Part shown: positions 55,501 through 64,000 of the stretch, in pieces
Numbering within the stretch: position 1 is the first letter of the stretch
Layout of the letters: every line of letters starts with the position of its first letter
Assembly (NCBI GenBank): GCA_002269645.1
Contig: NIVC01001617.1
Coordinates: forward strand, 3,737-67,736
Length of the DNA stretch: 64,000 nt
Source of the DNA: Macrostomum lignano
Lineage: Eukaryota
Direction of reading: 5' to 3'
Translations under genes and position numbers: made by a program
The notes under the pieces: model-generated
The model's database searches: none
What the model saw: only the letters and a program-made list of their open reading frames with translations
Told to the model about the DNA's origin: nothing

Positions 55501-58500
55501 TTCCAGTCTCGATAGACTCTTCTATGATGATTTCAGTCTCGATAGACTCTTCTATGATGATTTCAGTCTCGATAGACTCTTCTATGACTATGATTCCAGT
55601 CTCGATAGACTCTTCTATGACTATGATTCCAGTCTCGATAGACTCTTCTATGACTAAGATTCCAGTCTCGATAGACTATTCTATGACTAAGATTCCAGTC
55701 TCGATAGACTCTTCTATGATGATTTCAGTCTCGATAGACTCTTCTATGACTATGATTCCAGTCTCGATAGACTCTTCTATGACTATGATTCCAGTCTCGA
55801 TAGACTCTTCTATGACTAAGATTCCAGTCTCGATAGACTCTTCTATGACTATGATTCCAGTCTCGATAGACTCTTCTATGACTATGATTCCAGTCTCGAT
55901 AGACTCTTCTATGACTAAGATTCCAGTCTCGATAGACTCTTCTATGACTAAGATTCCAGTCTCGATAGACTCTTCTATGATGATTCCAGTCTCGATAGAC
56001 TCTTCTATGATGATTCCAGTCTCGATAGACTCTTCTATGACTAAGATTCCAGTCTCGATAGACTCTTCTATGACTATGATTCCAGTCTCGATAGACTCTT
56101 CTATGACTAAGATTCCAGTCTCGATAGACTCTTCTATGATGATTTCAGTCTCGATAGACTCTTCTATGACTATGATTCCAGTCTCGATAGACTCTTCTAT
56201 GACTATGATTCCAGTCTCGATAGACTCTTCTATGACTACGATTCCAGTCTCTATAGACTATTCTATGACTAAGATTCCAGTCTCGATAGACTCTTCTATG
56301 ACTATGATTCCAGTCTCGATAGACTCTTCTATGACTATGATTCCAGTCTCGATAGACTCTTCTATGATGATTTCAGTCTCGATAGACTCTTCTATGACTA
56401 TGATTCCAGTCTCGATAGACTCTTCTATGACTATGATTCCAGTCTCGATAGACTCTTCTATGACTAAGATTCCAGTCTCGATAGACTCTTCTATGACTAA
56501 GATTCCAGTCTCGATAGACTCTTCTATGATGATTTCAGTCTCGATAGACTCTTCTATGATGATTTCAGTCTCGATAGACTCTTCTATGACTATGATTCCA
56601 GTCTCGATAGACTCTTCTATGACTATGATTCCAGTCTCGATAGACTCTTCTATGACTAAGATTCCAGTCTCGATAGACTATTCTATGACTAAGATTCCAG
56701 TCTCGATAGACTCTTCTATGATGATTTCAGTCTCGATAGACTCTTCTATGACTATGATTCCAGTCTCGATAGACTCTTCTATGACTATGATTCCAGTCTC
56801 GATAGACTCTTCTATGACTAAGATTCCAGTCTCGATAGACTCTTCTATGACTATGATTCCAGTCTCGATAGACTCTTCTATGACTATGATTCCAGTCTCG
56901 ATAGACTCTTCTATGACTAAGATTCCAGTCTCGATAGACTCTTCTATGACTAAGATTCCAGTCTCGATAGACTCTTCTATGATGATTCCAGTCTCGATAG
57001 ACTCTTCTATGATGATTCCAGTCTCGATAGACTCTTCTATGACTAAGATTCCAGTCTCGATAGACTCTTCTATGACTATGATTCCAGTCTCGATAGACTC
57101 TTCTATGACTAAGATTCCAGTCTCGATAGACTCTTCTATGATGATTTCAGTCTCGATAGACTCTTCTATGACTATGATTCCAGTCTCGATAGACTCTTCT
57201 ATGACTATGATTCCAGTCTCGATAGACTCTTCTATGACTACGATTCCAGTCTCTATAGACTATTCTATGACTAAGATTCCAGTCTCGATAGACTCTTCTA
57301 TGACTATGATTCCAGTCTCGATAGACTCTTCTATGACTATGATTCCAGTCTCGATAGACTCTTCTATGATGATTTCAGTCTCGATAGACTCTTCTATGAC
57401 TATGATTCCAGTCTCGATAGACTCTTCTATGACTATGATTCCAGTCTCGATAGACTCTTCTATGACTAAGATTCCAGTCTCGATAGACTCTTCTATGACT
57501 ATGATTCCAGTCTCGATAGACTCTTCTATGACTAAGATTCCAGTCTCGATAGACTCTTCTATGATGATTTCAGTCTCGATAGACTCTTCTATGACTAAGA
57601 TTCCAGTCTCGATAGACTCTTCTATGATGATTCCAGTCTCGATAGACTCTTCTATGACTATGATTCCAGTCTCGATAGACTCTTCTATGACTATGATTCC
57701 AGTCTCGATAGACTCTTCTATGACTAAGATTCCAGTCTCGATAGACTCTTCTATGACTATGATTCCAGTCTCGATAGACTCTTCTATGACTATGATTCCA
57801 GTCTCGATAGACTCTTCTATGACTAAGATTCCAGTCTCGATAGACTCTTCTATGACTAAGATTCCAGTCTCGATAGACTCTTCTATGATGATTCCAGTCT
57901 CGATAGACTCTTCTATGATGATTCCAGTCTCGATAGACTCTTCTATGACTAAGATTCCAGTCTCGATAGACTCTTCTATGACTATGATTCCAGTCTCGAT
58001 AGACTCTTCTATGATGATTTCAGTCTCGATAGACTCTTCTATGACTATGATTCCAGTCTCGATAGACTCTTCTATGATGATTTCAGTCTCGATAGACTCT
58101 TCTATGATGATTCCAGTCTCGATAGACTCTTCTATGACTATGATTCCAGTCTCGATAGACTCTTCTATGACTAAGATTCCAGTCTCGATAGACTCTTCTA
58201 TGACTAAGATTCCAGTCTCGATAGACTCTTCTATGACTAAGATTCCAGTCTCGATAGACTCTTCTATGATGATTTCAGTCTCGATAGACTCTTCTATGAT
58301 GATTTCAGTCTCGATAGACTCTTCTATGACTATGATTCCAGTCTCGATAGACTCTTCTATGACTATGATTCCAGTCTCGATAGACTCTTCTATGACTAAG
58401 ATTCCAGTCTCTATAGACTATTCTATGACTAAGATTCCAGTCTCGATAGACTCTTCTATGATGATTTCAGTCTCGATAGACTCTTCTATGACTATGATTC

Positions 58501-61500
58501 CAGTCTCGATAGACTCTTCTATGACTATGATTCCAGTCTCGATAGACTCTTCTATGACTAAGATTCCAGTCTCGATAGACTCTTCTATGACTATGATTCC
58601 AGTCTCGATAGACTCTTCTATGACTATGATTCCAGTCTCGATAGACTCTTCTATGACTAAGATTCCAGTCTCGATAGACTCTTCTATGACTAAGATTCCA
58701 GTCTCGATAGACTCTTCTATGATGATTCCAGTCTCGATAGACTCTTCTATGATGATTCCAGTCTCGATAGACTCTTCTATGACTAAGATTCCAGTCTCGA
58801 TAGACTCTTCTATGACTAAGATTCCAGTCTCGATAGACTCTTCTATGATGATTTCAGTCTCGATAGACTCTTCTATGACTATGATTCCAGTCTCGATAGA
58901 CTCTTCTATGATGATTTCAGTCTCGATAGACTCTTCTATGATGATTCTAGTCTCGATAGACTCTTCTATGACTATGATTCCAGTCTCGATAGACTCTTCT
59001 ATGACTAAGATTCCAGTCTCGATAGACTCTTCTATGATGATTCCAGTCTCGATAGACTCTTCTATGACTAAGATTCCAGTCTCGATAGACTCTTCTATGA
59101 CTAAGATTCCAGTCTCGATAGACTCTTCTATGATGATTTCAGTCTCGATAGACTCTTCTATGATGATTTCAGTCTCGATAGACTCTTCTATGACTATGAT
59201 TCCAGTCTCGATAGACTCTTCTATGACTATGATTCCAGTCTCGATAGACTCTTCTATGACTATGATTCCAGTCTCGATAGACTCTTGTATGACTATGATT
59301 TCAGTCTCGATAGACTCTTCTATGACTATGATTCCAGTCTCGATAGACTCTTCTATGACTATGATTCCAGTCTCGATAGACTCTTCTATGATGATTTCAG
59401 TCTCGATAGACTCTTCTATGACTATGATTCCAGTCTCGATAGACTCTTCTATGATGATTTCAGTCTCGATAGACTCTTCTATGATGATTCCAGTCTCGAT
59501 AGACTCTTCTATGATGATTCCAGTCTCGATAGACTCTTCTATGACTAAGATTCCAGTCTCGATAGACTCTTCTATGACTAAGATTCCAGTCTCGATAGAC
59601 TCTTCTATGATGATTTCAGTCTCGATAGACTCTTCTATGACTATGATTCCAGTCTCGATAGACTCTTCTATGATGATTTCAGTCTCGATAGACTCTTCTA
59701 TGATGATTCTAGTCTCGATAGACTCTTCTATGACTATGATTCCAGTCTCGATAGACTCTTCTATGACTAAGATTCCAGTCTCGATAGACTCTTCTATGAT
59801 GATTCCAGTCTCGATAGACTCTTCTATGACTAAGATTCCAGTCTCGATAGACTCTTCTATGACTAAGATTCCAGTCTCGATAGACTCTTCTATGATGATT
59901 TCAGTCTCGATAGACTCTTCTATGATGATTTCAGTCTCGATAGACTCTTCTATGACTATGATTCCAGTCTCGATAGACTCTTCTATGACTATGATTCCAG
60001 TCTCGATAGACTCTTCTATGACTATGATTCCAGTCTCGATAGACTCTTGTATGACTATGATTTCAGTCTCGATAGACTCTTCTATGACTATGATTCCAGT
60101 CTCGATAGACTCTTCTATGACTATGATTCCAGTCTCGATAGACTCTTCTATGATGATTTCAGTCTCGATAGACTCTTCTATGACTATGATTCCAGTCTCG
60201 ATAGACTCTTCTATGATGATTTCAGTCTCGATAGACTCTTCTATGACTATGATTCCAGTCTCGATAGACTCTTCTATGATGATTTCAGTCTCGATAGACT
60301 CTTCTATGACTATGATTTCAGTCTCGATAGACTCTTCTATGACTATGATTCCAGTCTCGATAGACTCTTCTATGACTATGATTTCAGTCTCGATAGACTC
60401 TTCTATGACTATGATTCCAGTCTCGATAGACTCTTCTATGACTATGATTCCAGTCTCGATAGACTCTTCTATGATGATTTCAGTCTCGATAGACTCTTCT
60501 ATGACTATGATTCCAGTCTCGATAGACTCTTCTATGATGATTTCAGTCTCGATAGACTCTTCTATGACTATGATTCCAGTCTCGATAGACTCTTCTATGA
60601 CTATGATTCCAGTCTCGATAGACTCTTCTATGACTATGATTTCAGTCTCGATAGACTCTTCTATGATGATTTCAGTCTCGATAGACTCTTCTATGATGAT
60701 TTCAGTCTCGATAGACTCTTCTATGACTATGATTCCAGTCTCGATAGACTCTTCTATGACTATGATTCCAGTCTCGATAGACTCTTCTATGACTATGATT
60801 CCAGTCTCGATAGACTCTTCTATGACTATGATTCCAGTCTCGATAGACTCTTCTATGACTATGATTCCAGTCTCGATAGACTCTTCTATGACTATGATTT
60901 CAGTCTCGATAGACTCTTCTATGACTATGATTCCAGTCTCGATAGACTCTTCTATGACTATGATTCCAGTCTCGATAGACTCTTCTATGACTATGATTCC
61001 AGTCTCGATAGACTCTTCTATGATGATTCCAGTCTCGATAGACTCTTCTATGACTAAGATTTCAGTCTCGATAGACTCTTCTATGACTATGATTCCAGTC
61101 TCGATAGACTCTTCTATGACTATGATTTCAGTCTCGATAGACTCTTCTATGACTATGATTCCAGTCTCGATAGACTCTTCTATGATGATTCCAGTCTCGA
61201 TAGACTCTTCTATGACTATGATTCCAGTCTTGATAGACTCTTCTATGATGATTTCAGTCTCGATAGACTCTTCTATGACTATGATTCCAGTCTCGATAGA
61301 CTCTTCTATGACTATGATTCCAGTCTCGATAGACTCTTCTATGACTATGATTCCAGTCTCGATAGACTCTTCTATGACTATGATTCCAGTCTCGATAGAC
61401 TCTTCTATGACTATGATTCCAGTCTCGATAGACTCTTCTATGATGATTTCAGTCTCGATAGACTCTTCTATGACTATGATTCCAGTCTCGATAGACTCTT

Positions 61501-64000
61501 CTATGACTATGATTCCAGTCTCGATAGACTCTTCTATGATGATTTCAGTCTCGATAGACTCTTCTATGATGATTTCAGTCTCGATAGACTCTTCTATGAC
61601 TATGATTCCAGTCTCGATAGACTCTTCTATGACTAAGATTCCAGTCTCGATAGACTCTTCTATGACTAAGATTCCAGTCTCGATAGACTCTTCTATGACT
61701 ATGATTCCAGTCTCGATAGACTCTTCTATGATGATTTCAGTCTCGATAGACTCTTCTATAATGATTCCAGTCTCGATAGACTCTTCTATGACTATGATTC
61801 CAGTCTCGATAGACTCTTCTATGACTATGATTCCAGTCTCGATAGACTCTTCTATGATGATTTCAGTCTCGATAGACTCTTCTATGACTATGATTCCAGT
61901 CTCGATAGACTCTTCTATGACTAAGATTCCAGTCTCGATAGACTCTTCTATGATGATTCCAGTCTCGATAGACTCTTCTATGACTAAGATTCCAGTCTCG
62001 ATAGACTCTTCTATGACTAAGATTCCAGTCTCGATAGACTCTTCTATGACTATGATTCCAGTCTCGATAGACTCTTCTATGACTATGATTCCAGTCTCGA
62101 TAGACTCTTCTATGACTATGATTCCAGTCTCGATAGACTCTTCTATGATGATTCCAGTCTCGATAGACTCTTCTATGACTAAGATTCCAGTCTCGATAGA
62201 CTCTTCTATGACTAAGATTCCAGTCTCGATAGACTCTTCTATGATGATTCAGTCTCGATAGACTCTTCTATGACTATGATTCAGTCTCGATAGACTCTTC
62301 TATGATGATTTCAGTCTCGATAGACTCTTCTATGACTATGATTCCAGTCTCGATAGACTCTTCTATGACTATGATTCCAGTCTCGATAGACTCTTCTATG
62401 ACTATGATTCCAGTCTCGATAGACTCTTCTATGATGATTTCAGTCTCGATAGACTCTTCTATGACTATGATTCCAGTCTCGATAGACTCTTCTATGACTA
62501 TGATTCCAGTCTCGATAGACTCTTCTATGATATTTCAGTCTCGATAGACTCTTCTATGACTATGATTCCAGTCTCGATAGACTCTTCTATGATGATTTCA
62601 GTCTCGATAGACTCTTCTATGACTATGATTCCAGTCTCGATAGACTCTTCTATGACTATGATTCCAGTCTCGATAGACTCTTCTATGACTATGATTCCAG
62701 TCTCGATAGACTCTTCTATGATGATTCCAGTCTCGATAGACTCTTCTATGACTAAGATTCCAGTCTCGATAGACTCTTCTATGACTAAGATTCCAGTCTC
62801 GATAGACTCTTCTATGATGATTTCAGTCTCGATAGACTCTTCTATGACTATGATTTCAGTCTCGATAGACTCTTCTATGATGATTTCAGTCTCGATAGAC
62901 TCTTCTATGACTATGATTCCAGTCTCGATAGACTCTTCTATGACTATGATTCCAGTCTCGATAGACTCTTCTATGACTATGATTCCAGTCTCGATAGACT
63001 CTTCTATGATGATTTCAGTCTCGATAGACTCTTCTATGACTATGATTCCAGTCTCGATAGACTCTTCTATGACTAATGATTCCAGTCTCGATAGACTCTT
63101 CTATGATGATTTCAGTCTCGATAGACTCTTCTATGATGATTCCAGTCTCGATAGACTCTTCTATGATGATTTCAGTCTCGATAGACTCTTCTATGACTAA
63201 GATTCCAGTCTCGATAGACTCTTCTATGACTATGATTTCAGTCTCGATAGACTCTTCTATGACTATGATTCCTCTCGATAGACTCTTCTATGATATTTCA
63301 GTCTCGATAGACTCTTCTATGACTAAGATTCCAGTCTCGATAGACTCTTCTATGACTATGATTCCAGTCTCGATAGACTCTTCTATGACTATGATTCCAG
63401 TCTCGATAGACTCTTCTATGACTATGATTTCAGTCTCGATAGACTCTTCTATGACTATGATTCCAGTCTTGATAGACTCTTGTATGACTATGATTCCAGT
63501 CTCGATAGACTCTTCTAAGATGATTTCAGTCTCGATAGACTCTTCTATGACTATGATTTCAGTCTCGATAGACTCTTCTATGACTAAGATTCCAGTCTCG
63601 ATAGACTCTTCTATGATGATTCCAGTCTCGATAGACTCTTCTATGATGATTTCAGTCTCGATAGACTCTTCTATGACTATGATTCCAGTCTCGATAGACT
63701 CTTCTATACTATGATTCCAGTCTCGATAGACCTTCTATGACTAAGATTCAGTCTCTATAGACTCTTCTATACTAAGATTCCAGTCTGCGATAGACTCTTC
63801 TATGATGATTTCAGTCTCGATAGACTCTTCTATGACTATGATTCCAGTCTCGATAGACTCTTCTATGACTATGATTCCAGTCTCGATAGACTCTTCTATG
63901 ACAATTTCCAGTCTCGATAGTACTCTCATGACTATGATTCCAGTCTCGCATAGACTCTTCTATGATGATTCCAGTCTCGATAGACTCTTCTATGAAATGA
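52564..64000. repeat. Large satellite of mixed 33-bp and 30-bp units (ATGATTCCAGTCTCGATAGACTCTTCTATG[ACT]), more than 11.4 kb, open at the right edge
   Basis: Seen directly; variants ATG/AAG, CCA/TCA and +/-ACT; higher-order duplications marked by rare variants. Confidence 0.98.

Noticed and set aside
52527-62261. 3244-aa ORF as a real giant protein
   Set aside because: It is the translation of a 30/33-bp satellite. A stop-free frame is expected when the unit is a multiple of 3 and has few variant types; a reverse frame (IEESIETGIIV) is also open for the consensus unit. The 3-bp indel is explained by slippage at ATGACTATG, and the same repeat continues with frameshifts.

Overview
Eukaryotic (metazoan) genomic DNA: GC-rich exons with GT-AG introns, interleaved with more than 20 different minisatellites. 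The style suggests a free-living flatworm such as Macrostomum, but that is inference only. Left to right: (1) the first 8 exons of a minus-strand GABA-B-receptor-like (class C GPCR, Venus-flytrap domain) gene running off the left edge; (2) a 5'-truncated LINE fragment (RNase H + CCHC); (3) a candidate 68-aa single-pass membrane micropeptide gene; (4) a RASL10-type small GTPase with one frameshift; (5) three consecutive minus-strand genes: an orphan with two copies of a ~57-aa helical domain, SFT2D3 (no ATG of its own found, one frameshift) and a complete 4-exon ILK; (6) a decayed 4.27-kb Ty3/Gypsy element with both LTRs, a 4-bp TSD and a tRNA-Trp-like PBS, inside an AT-rich CpG-depleted island; (7) three intronless clan-2-like cytochrome P450s with a 905-bp Harbinger-type element between two of them; (8) a 16-bp array and an 11.4-kb 30/33-bp satellite reaching the right edge. 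Most long ORFs in the track, including the 3244-aa one, are translations of tandem repeats. No CRISPR, rRNA or tRNA genes were seen. Exon boundaries and mismatch counts were derived by hand; family assignments come from remembered sequences, not database searches. Best leads: possible spliced-leader-supplied start codon and operon (SFT2D3/ILK), the tandem-domain orphan gene, splice-donor-containing minisatellites, the micropeptide, and CpG-decay signatures.
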